From Toensbergia leucococca (lineage: Eukaryota), in contig JALDZS010000104.1 of the NCBI GenBank assembly GCA_022813965.1, forward strand, positions 58,756 through 78,755: a DNA stretch of 20,000 nucleotides. Direction: 5' to 3'. The notes under the pieces are model-generated. The model saw only the letters and a list, made by a program, of their open reading frames with translations, had not been told where the DNA came from and made no database searches. Within the stretch, counting starts at the first letter, position 1. Every line of letters starts with the position of its first letter. Both the position numbers and the translations under genes were made by a program. Of the stretch, positions 1 through 11,768 are shown piece by piece.

Positions 1-1
1 T

Positions 2-340
2 GAACCTGACCATGTAGATACTAACGGAATATTTATCTCTGAAAGACATACTTTCTATAAAGATATCTATATCTATATTAATCACCTCTAAGACCTTGAA
101 AAGGTATGAGAAGAAGAGAAACTAAGAATAATAATATTGCAGATCTTCTGAGGGTGAGCAACTAAGTGATACACCTTAGAACTCATTAAAATAAAAAAGA
201 AACTCTTGTAAGATTGCTCTATAGAAAAGTATTACTATCAAATAGTTTAAAGGTTTAAAACACGCACGTCACAGATGCTGCAACTACTGACCTCTGAGTG
301 TTATTTTATAAAAAATGCACGATTAGGTAATACATCAGTG
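2..340 (+). pseudogene. gag: gag fragment of a fungal Gypsy family, same gag type as element C
   Basis: Frame 2 reads ERHTFYKDIYIYINHL*DLEKV*EEEKLRIIILQIF*G*ATK*YTLELIKIKKKLL*DCSIEKYYYQIV*RFKTRTS, which aligns by eye with the element C gag (DMVF*DVYLFIK*VKEI...ALK*YIAELTDVKK...*FKKP). Many stops, each explicable by transitions. Confidence 0.75.
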
Positions 341-520
341 ACTACTCCCTTGTCTCTGATAGTCTCAGATCAATAATGCCCTAAAAAGCTACCCTTAAAC
401 ACATCACAGCCTTTAGATTTATCATACTACTTATTAATATCAAAGATATATCAGTCATATGATTGTGGCAAGTACACACAACAATCAGATCAATATCATG
501 ATGATAGTAATCAATCTACT

Positions 521-640
521 ATGAATGATGTAAAGGGGCTATGCAAGACATGTGAGCTGAAATTTCTATTGCAAAACCTCATGCACAAGCACATCAAAGA
601 GGCGCATATAAAGACTAAAGTAATTAAGTCAGTAACTTCA
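521..640 (+). pseudogene. C2H2-like zinc finger segment of the element D polyprotein
   Basis: ORF 521 begins ...LCKTCELKFLLQNLMHKHIKEAH (C-x2-C...F...H-x3-H-like). A decayed equivalent (LCINYKAIFTS../NKLFHYL) lies just before the protease of element C at about 2495-2560, minus strand. Confidence 0.6.
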
Positions 641-761
641 TTCAAGATTACTACTCCTATACTTTCTCATTATGACAGTTGCCTTTATTGCATTAACACT
701 AATTGCTTCCTTCATCTTATCAGCTTCTTCTGTCAATTCAGACAATAAAAACACCTATTTT

Positions 762-866
762 GAGTTTAGTAAGTTCAGTGAGTTTAGTAAGTTTAGTGAG
801 TTCAGTGATATCAGTGAATCCTTTATTTTAGACTTCATTTCTGACTCTATTTTAGACTTTATTTTC
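762..866. repeat. Short tandem repeats: six 9-bp units (RAGTTYAGT, 762-815), then about two 24-bp units (821-866)
   Basis: gagtttagt aagttcagt gagtttagt aagtttagt gagttcagt gatatcagt; then ctttattttagacttcatttctga ctctattttagactttattttc. Confidence 0.85.
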
Positions 867-1431
867 ATATCTAACACCATTGCAATTAGTGTATACAATA
901 ATAAAGACACATCAGAAACACTCAAGGTAGCCCTAACTACTCCTACTATTTATTCTGCTATCACATATACCTTGCTGATCATAAAACTCATAATCTAAGA
1001 CCTTTTTTATAATTTATAGGCTCTTATTTTACTAGACAAGCACGGAGATATCACCTTGAATTTATATACTAGATGGGATTTATCTCTGACCTCAAAAACA
1101 TGACTTCTAGACATGAATTCATGCACCTGAACCTGTTCAAAATCACAAGGAGATAAGGTGACATATTAGCTTGCAAAAATACAAAAATCCCTAGCAACTT
1201 GCAGGCACGTCAAAACACTAAAATTAACTATTAAAATTGTGACGCACCTATCTACAAAATCAGTCAAATCTCTAACACCTACTCTGAGTTTTATAAATTC
1301 TTACCTCTGATTACCTTACCATCATGATCTAAATAGATTATAAAGAAATAAGAGCATAAAACATACAATTTTAAGGGCAAGATCATGAAAAATTTATAAG
1401 AGCATGAAGTAATCTTTTTGTAAGGGGCAAT

Positions 1432-1594
1432 TGTTACAGTACTTTCTTAAGACTAGAGTAGTTAGGTAAGAATAGGTGAGTTAACAACCTTAAGTGACTT
1501 GATATTATCACAGTATATCTAGTGACTTTACACCTAGATAGCTAGACATTTACAATTACACTCAGAATTCAGAATCTCCAAAGAGACCCTTACA
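1432..1594 (+). repeat. 3' LTR of element D (163 bp)
   Basis: TGTTAC...CCCTTACA, preceded by a purine tract. Colinear with the reverse complement of 10231-10394, differing mostly by C>T/G>A. Confidence 0.9.
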
Positions 1595-2756
1595 CAAGAT
1601 AAGCATTTAGACTTTCTTAATCATACTTAACTAAGAAATCAAGGTGAGCTTTTCATGGCAATCATATCAGTACTAAGAAAGCTTTACATACTTTTACAAA
1701 GTTCATGATTGAATCAATTACATAAGTAAAAACTCTTTCTTTAGAACTGAATTCCTGAGAGTATTCAGACTTAAACAGAAAATCTCAGTTAGTAAGAATT
1801 TAATCATTTTATGTTACAGGCACTTGCATAATAGAATGCAGTAGAATAATGACTAAAGACTTTGCTTTAATAGCTCACTTTATATGAGGTGATTAAGTAT
1901 GTACATCTATAGATGCAGTGAGGTTTTTATTAGAACTCACAGTAATAATTTTTTAACTGAAATTCAGGATAATTCCTTGTAATTTCAGAGTGTCAGTCTC
2001 AAGTAATATGTTTGCTTTTAGGTTTTTTACAAGATGTGCTTTTATGGTAATGAACTCCTTGACAGGTCTTTTATCAATCATTTTATTAAAGTATATCTTA
2101 ATTACTATGTATTTCTTTGATTTTATAATGTTGTTTTCTACCTTACGCACTGACATTAAGAACGCTAGATTTTTAATATTGACCTGTGATAATATCTTTT
2201 TTAAATACTTACAGTCAATTAATATTATTAAACACTCAGTATTCAAACACACCTCTGACATATTTTTTAAGATACTGTTTTATGTAACTGATAAGGTTGA
2301 GTACTTACATTTACAGAACTTATATTCTGAGGATTTAGCCTGATTTAAAATGACTGTAAATTCAACAAGTTCTCAGGCAGAAGTGACTGATCTAGATTTA
2401 ACTGACGTAGATTTAACTGTGACTGACATAGAGTCAATAGCTAAGTCATCTTTAGAATTTCTAGAGGTAAGGGTTTTTCACATTTAATATTTAAGTCAGA
2501 GATAATGAAATAATTTATTTCTTGATGTGAAAATAGCCTTATAGTTAATACACAGATAACTTATACTAGGTTGTGACGCTACTAAATTTACTTCTAATAC
2601 TAAGTTATTATAGTATTCTTTCTCATAGACCTTCATGTCTTTATTTTTAGTAAGAATATTCTTATTATAAGGATAATACTGTTAGTAACCTTTCTCAGTT
2701 TTACCCCTCTCTGATAGATCTTTTACATAAGCCTGATATGCTTACTAAGGCTATGA
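1595..2756 (-). pseudogene. pol: Element C gag C-terminus, aspartic protease and post-protease region
   Basis: SEYKFCKCKYSTL...EVCLNTECLIILID (decayed CLDTGC active site)...AHLVKNLKANILLETDTL (decayed L.ANML.G.D.L), then N*DFLFKSEY...VFTYVIDS. Includes ORF 1953..2261. Confidence 0.85.
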
Positions 2757-2761
2757 GTAAG

Positions 2762-2977
2762 TGTCATGATCAGGCTTAGAGTCTAGTTATAGAAGTACTA
2801 TTGAATAGAACACTAAAGGTAAAGATCTAAAAGTATAGAAGAGAAACGCGCTATAAGTATTTGATAGGGTGTTATTAGGTAACAGGTGTGACATTTAACA
2901 ATCTCACATGTTAACTTTTAGCTCTTGTGTTGACTTTGATCTGTGCGTAAGCTAGAATGTTAGGGTGAACTATAACA
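2762..2977 (-). repeat. 3' LTR of element A (216 bp)
   Basis: TGTCAT...ATAACA; colinear with 9371-9586 (roughly 85% identical by eye, nearly all transitions). Confidence 0.95.
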
Positions 2978-2990
2978 TTACCTTTCCTCA
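2978..2990 (-). promoter_or_regulatory. Polypurine tract of element A
   Basis: The minus strand reads TGAGGAAAGGTAA immediately before the 3' LTR. Confidence 0.8.
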
Positions 2991-3486
2991 CAAGTAAGCA
3001 ATGCTCTCATTGGTTGTAAAGACTGAAAGAAAAGAAATGAAAAAATGAAATGAAAACGCTTTTGTTGTGCAGAAAAAACCATCATGTCCCTGCCTATGCC
3101 GTATTAGAAGTTGTAAATTTGTATGAGAAAATTGACGCACACATATAAAAATGTGCATCCTGAAATTTTTTTCTGCAGTTCAGCGCGTGCAGGCGCCTGA
3201 CAGTCAAACAGATACTCAGTGAGTATATAAAAGAGAGCAATGCATCTGTTCATCTTGATATCTGCTGACTCAGTCTATAAGGATGAGGATTAGGGCTGTC
3301 AGTTAACTTTCTAACTGCAACCTCAGGGCACTTTTTTTAAGGCGCTTAACGGTGACAGGCTGAAGTCCTGAGTGCGTTCAGTTAAAGCCTTAAACAAAGA
3401 CTTAACTGAGCTGCTTAATCAAGTTGCAGGTAAGCTTTAGGTGACTTTCAGGCCTCGGAGAGCTGTTTTTGACGGTGATATAGGTA

Positions 3487-6400
3487 AGGTTCAGGTTTGT
3501 TCAGATACTAAGCATAAAATGCATTTATGAGTTCTTAAGAGTGCTTAAACTCATTGTCATTCACATTGTATTAGGTGTTATCTCAGAAGTAGTTATGTCA
3601 TTTAACTCAGTATTAAAGGTGGTGATTGATACTGCTACTGCAGAAGTCAATGATCTCATCTATCACTCATTCATCTTGATCATCAACTATCACTGACTCA
3701 GAGGGAGTGTTGATATACCTGATAAGAGAGTTCATGACAGCAGCCTGAAGATGCATAATATAAAATACTGAGTGTATCTTTATGAAGGTCAAAAGCTCTA
3801 GTTGATAGGTGGTGTCAACTTTCTGCAAAATCTTGTACAGACCTATGTTCTTATCATTCAGCTTGAGGCACAGCCTCTTGATCTTGATGTTGCGGCGGTT
3901 AAAAAAGACCTTCTAACTCACCTTATAGATAACATCTTTATGACAGCAGTTCACATTGTTAGTTATAATAGTTTGAGCTTATTTGAGCTGTTTCTTTATG
4001 TTTATTAGGCCATCTCTCATAGTTTCAGCAATGTCTTCTGCTTAGTGAGCAAGGAGACGTTCTTGAGTACTTTTATAAGTAAAGGTATTCCGGCTAAAAC
4101 TCATCTGAGGGTGAAACCCTTTGTTTACAAAGAATAAAAACATTCTCATAGATGAGAAAACGTTATTGTTATCTGCAAGTTCTCTCATGAGTAAGTGTTA
4201 GACTCAGTCATTCTAATAGTAATTGCAATAGAGTTGAAGATAAGACTCTATGTCTTAACTGACGCATTTAGACTGCTCATTTATCTGAGAATAAAAGGCA
4301 ATGCTTGAGTGAACGTTGATAGACAGGCGGTTGCATAAGGTCTTTTACATAATAAACACAAACTGAGACCTGCGGTCTGAAACAATAGAGGCTAGCAGCT
4401 CATGCAGCTAAAAGACATTCTAAATCATTATCTTCACAGTTTACTTCACAGAGGTGCCGTTCTTATTGATAGTGTATAATATGTAGTGACGTTCCTTGCT
4501 GAGGCGGTTAATAATAATAAGAATGAAGTTCTTACCTTCAGACTTCAAAAGGTCAGTGATAAAATTAATAACAATGTTCTCTCAGTGTTTTGTAAGGATA
4601 AGCAACGGCTGCAGCAGCTTATTAAGCTTCTCTCTAGAGGCCTTGATCTGATGACAGTCATGACAGTTTTAACAGTAACATTTCACGGAGGCTTACAATT
4701 CAAGTCAGAGATAATATCATTATAGAAGGGCTTATGTGCAAGTGATTCTCAGATAATCACTGACTAAAGAGTTATAAACCTTCTGAAGGGTCTCAAGCCT
4801 TGACTAATTATCTGCTGAGACTTATAAATAATCTTTGCAGTAGAGAACATTATCTTTTAGAGAACATGTTCACAGACTAATGCCCTCATAGCAAGCCTTG
4901 CCTTCTGTTTAGGCTCTTTTAGCTGTCAGACACTTCAGATCAGTCTTGCTTATCTCTGCAGCCCGTTTAAACAGAGGGGATAAGGGGTCTCTCAGATTAT
5001 TCTTCAGGTTTATCTCTGAGACATGATCTTTTATAAGATTATTGATAACACCTGAAATATTTTCTTCTTTCAGGTTAAGGAGTTTAGAGATGATAGGGGT
5101 CAGCTTCATTAAAGAAGCCTTTAATCAGTCAGCTGTCAGAAGGGTCTGATGTTGATGCAGCTTTTAAGAATCATCATTTCTCAGAGATAAAGAGCTGAGC
5201 AGTCTGCTCAGAGCATCTGCCTTTGCATTCTGAGAGCTTATTTGATATTAAATCTTAAAGTTGAACTTAAAGAGCTTCTCTGCTCAATGAGCCTGCCTTC
5301 AGATTAGCCCTTTACTTTTTATAAAGTAAATCAGCGCTTTATAATCTGTGAAGATCTTCACAGGGATTTCAGTACTCTTCAGATCTGACTGTCAGTTTTT
5401 AAGGCAATAAATGATTGTCAGCAGCTCCTTGTTATAGATCTCATAATGGCACTCTGCAGATATAAGGATCTTACTAAAGAAAGTCACTGAGTGCAGCAGG
5501 CCATTGTCTCTGTACTGTGATAAGACGCCTTTACTGACATTATTAAAGGAGTCACATTTCAAAATGGCCGCCTGAGTCTGATCAAAATGAGTGAGCATCA
5601 GTGATTTTATTACCATTCTCTTGAGAAGTTCAAAGACTTTCTAGCAGGCATTCATTTAGTCAAACCGTTTGTTCTTGTTACTTAGCTGCGTTAGTGAGTG
5701 AGTAATTTTGCTAAAGTTCTTGATGAATCACTGAAAGAAGTTGCAGAAGTCAATAAAGAACTGTACCTTCTTGAGGCACTAAGGGGCGTTTCAGTTCATA
5801 ATCACCTCAATCTTTCAGGGGTTTATTCTCAGCTTATCAATAAAGATCAGCAAGCCTAGAAAGGTTGTCTCTATGATAAAAAACTCACTCTTTTTGATGT
5901 CAATTTGCAGACTAACAGCTTAAAGCTTCTTAAAAACATTTCTAATATGTTTGACATGCTCTTGCTAAGTCTTGCTGTAAATAAGAATGTCATTCAAGTA
6001 TGTCTGAGCATAGTCATTTAGACATTCAAAGAGAGTGTCATTGATATAATGCTGAAAGGAGGTCAGTCTATTAGTTAAGTTAAAAGAAAGAACACAGTAC
6101 TTGTATGCTCTCATGAGGGTGCAGAAGGTCATGAGTTTCTCACTGTTCAAGTGCATCCGCAGCTTGTTGAAGGCTGCAATGATGTCAAACTTAATAATAA
6201 ACTTGCAGTCAGTAATTCAGGTCAAAGTTTTATCAATTAAGGGTAACAGATATCAGTCTCAGCGGGTCAGGGTGTTCAAGCATCAGTAATCTATACAGAA
6301 GTGTAGGCTGCCATTCAGTTTAATGACAAACAGAATGAGAGACGCAAACGGGGTCTTACTCAGAATAATAAACCCCTTGTCTAAATTCTTGAATAAGTTC

Positions 6401-7645
6401 TCTTTTACCTTCTGAAGTTTCTCCTTAAACATGAGGTACAGTCAGCTCTTAAGCAGTAAGTTTAGACTCTCTAGCTCAATCTTATGATTATAAAAGTGCC
6501 TGAGAGGCAGGACTTTGAGTGCTTGCTTATCAAAAACATCAGTGTGATTAGGATACTTTGAGGGCAGTTTGGCCATTAATTCCGCGGTGTTTACTGAGCT
6601 CATTTCACTCAGAAAGGTAACCTCTAATAAGAAAGGATCCTTAGTCACTTCCTGCGCCTGAAGCTTCTTAATCTCAGCAATAATGATAAAGAAAACCTGA
6701 TTCTGCGGGTCCTTTATTAGGAGGTGAAATGAGGCGGCGTTGACCTCAATAATGTTCATTAAGGTGAGTGTTTAATGACTCTCAAATCGTCTTTAGGCTG
6801 AGATCACAGCTTTTATCTTTATCAGGCAAACTGCGGCGTTCATTCTTTAGTAAGCAATCTTCATTTCTATTCAGTAACTTTCATATAAGGTCTCTGAAAA
6901 CAGAGGCTCCCAAGCATCTGAAAGAGCACACAAAGATGTCTTATTTTTCTGAGAAAAGTTTGAGTTTCATTAGAAGTGTTGTTAGTCAGGTTACTGTAAA
7001 GGGAAAAGATATAAGAGAAAAAGCTTGCCTAAAAGCCGCTTAATAAAACAGGTCTTTACTGAAGAGACCTTAACTAAAGAGACTAAAGTTTTAGAGGGCG
7101 TAGAGGTGCGTCAGTGACCTGAGGATAGGTTGACTCTCAGTATGTTCTTAACTGTTAGGATTGCTGTAGACACTTTAGAAAAATCACATCTTTTAGGCAA
7201 GAAATAAAGCTCATCAGCACTTATGTTCAGCAATACCTCATGATGATTTATTTAGATCTTCTCTAAAATAATGTCATGTTGACCTAACATAATAATTAAC
7301 AATGGGCAGGACAGTTTAAAATGATCTGTTACCTGCAGGCTTATTAGAATCTGATGCGTAATAGATGTGCTGTGTTTCTCATTAAACCTGCAGATGAGTT
7401 TAAGCTTGATTAACAGAATAGATGAGATTGAGAAGAGTTCACAAAGGGAATGCGCGGCAATAGAATCAATAAAAGCATAGTCATGAGCATCAGTATCAAT
7501 TAAAGCTTGTCTTTTGTAATTAATGTTGATTACAAACAGAGTGCATGCTGTGATAAAAGGCTTGAGTGCATAAGGATCCTAATTAGAATTCAAAGAAGCA
7601 ATTGATAACTCTTCTTTCATCATATCTTTGATGAAGGGCTTTAGT
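3487..7645 (-). pseudogene. pol: Element A pol: protease (about 7510-7240), RT (about 6400-5840), RNase H (about 5570-5200), integrase (about 4800-4100), chromodomain (3672-3487)
   Basis: PR QALIDTDAHDYAFID; RT LHFCIDY*CLN...YKYCVLSFNLTN...TYLNDILIYS (YLDD>YLND); RH LKCDSF...YEIYNKELLTI...IFTDYKAL...RQAH*AE...NAKADALSR; IN NCHDC...INFITDLL...IINRLSK...IVSDRRSQF...FYSQINEQSK; chromodomain E*VIDEIID...Y*VK*HNY...ELINAFYA*YLNKP. The true 3' end may extend below 3487. Confidence 0.95.
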
Positions 7646-9104
7646 TTTTCATCTCTAAAGTCTTTTTAACCTTCTCTTCAGTCTCTTTTTTATCTTTATT
7701 CTTATTAATGTTAGAGATCTCTTGAATATAATCTCTTAGACTGACTTTCTTAGACTCTATGTAGTCTAAAGAAAAGTGATCAAGCTTGCCGCAGTTGTAG
7801 CAGGTTTTAGAGGTATGCAGAAAGTCTTTCACATTTATAAACATGATTCAGAATGGTCCTCTCTGTAAGAAGGTGGTAGCATGGGCAGTCACAGACTTGC
7901 TAGTCAATATGATTACTGATTTCTCTGAGTAAGCGTTGTGAGTTATTAAGCCCTGAGAGATAAGAGTAGAGACCTTGTAGATGAGTTTTGCAGTGAGAAG
8001 AGAGGCAGCTTTATGCAACATTCATTTGTATCTCTGTTTTTTGACTACCTTTTACAGGTAGCTCTGTAGTTTTAAGAGGCTGATAAAGTCAGATAAGGTA
8101 GTAACTAGAACTGCCTGTAACTGAGGGTTGCCTTTCTTCTCTAAATAGATAATAAGAATCATCTTATTGATGTCTAATAATGAGGTTAGAAGAAGAAAGG
8201 TTGCATAGAACTGATGAAACAGCTTATTGCTCATCTGCTATAGTTTTTTAAAATCTTAGTGAGCGTTCTAAACCTTGTTGAGATTCTCATAAATTATCAT
8301 TAGATACTTAATAATATTCATCACAGATGAGAAAGGATTAATATTCATAAACAGTGACCTTAATAGGCAATGATTAAGAGCATCACCCTTGAGAGAACAG
8401 ATGACAAGGGTCTTCTATTTCTGTATAATAGAATATCAACCTTGATTATTGATTAGCTTAAGCTTTATCTGCAGCTATCATGCCTCAAAGATAGAACTCT
8501 TTTCATTAAATAGCTTCTCAGAATCTGAAATCTTTTCAGACAGGCACGGAGTTTAGAGAGAGGGATTGTAGAAGTCTGTAGATAAATTCAGTAATAAAGT
8601 CTGCAGTTATTTCTCTGTTAAGGCAGCAGATAGCTTCAGTTTGAGCTGACAGATCTTAGTGTGACAGTCCTTTACCTTTATAATCTTTTCATCAAGCTTG
8701 ATATGCGTTTTAAGCATCTGATTCAAAGAAACCTCTGTCTCTGAATCTCTAAAGTTAGCACAGTTAAGGTCTATTACCTGCTGCGCAAGATAATCTTATT
8801 GCTGTTGCGCTTTTATCAGCTTTTCTGTCATGAGAAAAAGTTCATCTCATTGTTCTTTAAGACGTCAGAGGTAATTCAAGCAGGCTTGCAGCTACTAATT
8901 TAGAAAGTTCTGTAGTTATATAAAAGTAAAGATGTCTTTTAGATTGAATACTACTGAATCTTTATCTTTATTGCCTTTAAAAGATGACTTAATGAGTGAT
9001 GCATTAGATGAGAGAAGGTTAGAGTGAAGTCAGGATATAAGCTATGTCAAACATTTAGAGAGAGACTGACTGCTAAAAGCCTTTGCTTCAAAAGGATTGT
9101 TCAG
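7641..9104 (-). pseudogene. gag: Element A gag with CCHC zinc knuckle
   Basis: CYNCGKLDHFSLDY (decayed CX2CX4HX4C) in ORF 7641..7844; ORF 8052..8234 is retrotransposon-gag-like. Start inferred by colinearity with element B. Confidence 0.9.
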
Positions 9105-9357
9105 AATTAAGAAGAGATAGAGTGACAATTATGAAAGAGAGAAAGGGTTGATAGGTATTGAGAAGATTTGTTGAATGTTGTTGTATTGTTGTATTGTATC
9201 ATTCTATGCATAGAATATGACGTGTGATGTGTCAAGAGCCTTGACAGAAAAGTATTTGAGAATAGTTATGTCACACTTGTATGAAGACAAGGTAAGATAA
9301 GAATATCTAAGGTTATCAGACTTGTATAAAGACAAGTTAATAAAACATTTGATATAA

Positions 9358-9368
9358 ACCTTTAGTGT
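9358..9368 (-). promoter_or_regulatory. Primer-binding site of element A, self-priming type
   Basis: The minus strand reads ACACTAAAGGT 2 nt after the 5' LTR, the exact complement of LTR bases 9419-9429. Confidence 0.85.
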
Positions 9369-9370
9369 AA

Positions 9371-9586
9371 TGTCATGGTCAGGCCTAGAGTCTTATCATA
9401 GGGGTACTATTGAATAGAACACTAAAGGTAAAGATCTAAAAGTACAGAAAGAGAATGTGCTGTAAGTATTTAGCAGGGTGTTATTAAGTAACAGCTGTGA
9501 CATTTGATAACCTCATATGTCAACTTCTTACTCTTGTGTTGACCTTGGTCTGTGTGTAAGCTAGGATGTTAGAGTGAATCATAATA
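9371..9586 (-). repeat. 5' LTR of element A (216 bp)
   Basis: TGTCAT...ATAATA (terminal ACA mutated to ATA); homologous to 2762-2977, 12030-12246 and 14472-14707. Confidence 0.95.
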
Positions 9587-9591
9587 ATAAG

Positions 9592-11507
9592 GTTGTTAAG
9601 TGTTATTTCAGGGATGATAATCATTATTGTTATTAGTAAGATAATAATTGTTATTATTACTGAGATAATGATTACTGAGATAATGATTGTTATTATTCAG
9701 CTAATTACCTTGTAAAGGCTAAAGTAAATATAACTGTAAGGTCAAACCTAACTTATTTGCAGGGTCTAACATAGCAGTGATCTTTTGTCTCAGTGCAGGT
9801 GATATAATCTGTAAAGTGTTTGACTAAAAATTTTCTAAGAAGACCTGATACTGATTAGACTAATAGATAGGGTTTTGATAAGGAAATTAGTTATAGGTAT
9901 TATTATAGGACTAATTGTCAGTCTATAACTTAAGATACCTAGAATTAAAAGAGTAATACTGATAGTTTTCTGAAGACTTGATTTGATTCTGATGATTATT
10001 AGGCAGGCTTTAATTAACATGATGCCTAGTCACATATACTCATTATTTATGCTTATTCTTATTCATACTAGTTAAGTATGATGAGAGGGTAAATTAAATG
10101 TCAGACCGTTGAATATCTCATCCAAGTTCTAAATTCAAGTCATTATAGATAATATTCAGCTGATTTTTAAAATTTATAAGGCCAATATCTTTGACAGAGC
10201 ATAAAACCTTCTGCGCATACTCTTATGACTTGTTAGGGTCTCTTTTGAGATTCCGAATTCTGGGTGTAAATAGAAGATGTCTAGCTATCTAGGTGCAAAG
10301 TCACTAGATATACCATGGTGATACCAAGCCACTTAGGGTTCTTGGCTTGCCTAACCTTGCCTAACTACCCTAGCCCTAGGAAAGCACCGTAACATGACTC
10401 TTTATGACTCACAGTGTCATGTAGTGTATATTACTCAGGTAGGATGATATCAATTAAAATATTAGCAGGTTTCTTAAATCATGATAAAAGCATATTGCTT
10501 CACTTCTTAATGCTATCACTATTGTCATACTTGAGTATTCACTTTTTAACATCAGTGAGCTCTGCTATGTATTACTTTAGCGCTGTATTATAAAGACTCA
10601 TTCATATACTACTTCTGATTAATTTTTTATCTTTAATTATTGCAATTTCCTTTACTTACTTAATGAACAGGTAAACATCTCAAAAAACCATATCTTTATC
10701 AGAGTGTTTAATAGGTGAGTCACTACTAACAGACTTTCCTTCATGCATAGGGTCAAAAAAGCCTAGATCTTCAGAATTTTAATGTGATTTTTGATTCATG
10801 TCAGCGCCGTTTAGACTGTCTTAGCCGTGATCTTTAAGAGAACTCACTAACCTCAGTGATCTGAGTGACTCAGCTATTACAATTTTACTATAATTTATGA
10901 ATATTGCCCTAAGCTCTTTATATTAAGCATCTGAGAACTCAACGTTATTTATAGTCATGTTATCAGTATTGTCATGAGATAATTGAGTGAGTTTACAGTG
11001 TGAGCTTGTTAGCTTGAATGTTGATGCCTTCAGAACCTTCTTCTTTAATTTCTTACTGAAGGCTAATCCTGATTCTGAATCAATGAGTTCATCATAAATT
11101 ACTTCTTTAGTGAAGGTAACTTGACTGATAGAGAAGAGAGTAAAAATAATAGTTGTTGTATTTAATAGAGATGTCAAGTCATTGAATTGAGAGTTGATTG
11201 ACATGTAGTCTGCTTCCTCACTAAATAGTTCAGATAATTCTCTAATTACTTCTGTAAAGGTCTTCATATCTGAATGTAACTGTAGTCAGTCAATAGCTTA
11301 TGCAGAGGATTATACTATGATTTCTACTTCAGACTGAGTTGAGCTCTGTAATTCAATCAAAGATAATTGTGCATATTGTTGCGTAGCAATCTCTATGTCT
11401 TTTAGTCAAGGATTAATAAGAACTATATGATCAATAACTATAATTGTCTCAGGAAGAATTATCTTAGTATAAGAGTGTAGCATCTTTAAAAGGAATTTAA
11501 CTAACAT
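9592..11507 (-). pseudogene. gag: Element C gag (N-terminal and core part), interrupted by the solo LTR at 10231-10394
   Basis: One frame runs from an ATG at 11507 through ORF 10923..11267 to H*NSEDLGFFDPMHEGKSV...DVYLFIK...ALK*YIAELTDVKK...*YTLHD, then EYAQKVL...NQLNIIYNDLNLEL and an Asn-rich low-complexity tail near 9600-9700. Confidence 0.85.
10231..10394 (-). mobile_element. Solo LTR (164 bp) of the element D family
   Basis: TGTTAG...GTAACA with perfect TSD TGACT (10226-10230 / 10395-10399); reverse-complement homologue of 1432-1594. Confidence 0.95.
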
Positions 11508-11580
11508 GTGATTTAAATAGTGAAAAGGCTTGTAAAAGTCAGAATAATAAATAAAGATAAATGTTAGTTAATCATATAAA

Positions 11581-11768
11581 ATAAACTTAATAGTAAGGCT
11601 CAGGTTGATGACTATAACACATGAGTTTAAAGGTAAGACTCATGTTGTCAACACATGAACTTAAAGGTAAAGCTCAGATTGTCAGCACATAAACTTAAAA
11701 GTAAGGCTCAGGTTGTTGACCCTTAAACTTAAAGGTAAGGCTCAGGTTATTAACACTTAAACTTAAAG
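11581..11768. repeat. Tandem array of about 5.3 units of 34 bp in the element C leader
   Basis: Consensus close to ATAAACTTAAAGGTAAGGCTCAGGTTGTCAACAC; units start at 11581 (40 bp), 11621, 11655, 11689, 11723 and 11757 (partial); no spacers. Confidence 0.9.

Larger units (their letters stand above)
1..1594 (+). mobile_element. Element D: 3' part of a degenerate Ty3/Gypsy LTR retrotransposon, apparently lacking pol; continues left of the window
   Basis: Gag-like reading at 2-340, C2H2-like finger at about 540-610, purine tract AAGGGG at 1422-1427, then an LTR at 1432-1594 homologous to the solo LTR at 10231-10394. It interrupts element C pol at 1595. That the gag and the LTR belong to one element is an inference. 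Confidence 0.7.
2762..9586 (-). mobile_element. Element A: full-length (6825 bp) inactivated chromovirus-type Ty3/Gypsy retrotransposon
   Basis: Two 216-bp LTRs, 5-bp TSD GTAAG (2757-2761) / ATAAG (9587-9591), PPT, and domain order gag-PR-RT-RH-IN-chromodomain with many stops. Confidence 0.97.

Noticed and set aside
672..998. 108-aa ORF with a signal-peptide-like hydrophobic start (small secreted protein)
   Set aside because: It lies within element D, is built from 9- and 24-bp repeats, and its I/F/S/L bias is what transition-mutated DNA produces.
1990..7043. Plus-strand ORFs at 1990, 3802, 4486, 6101 and 6768
   Set aside because: They are antisense shadows of minus-strand pol sequence with no independent coding signal.
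11581..11768. CRISPR-like array of 34-bp repeats
   Set aside because: Units are directly adjacent with no unique spacers, there are no cas genes, and the context is a eukaryotic retrotransposon.
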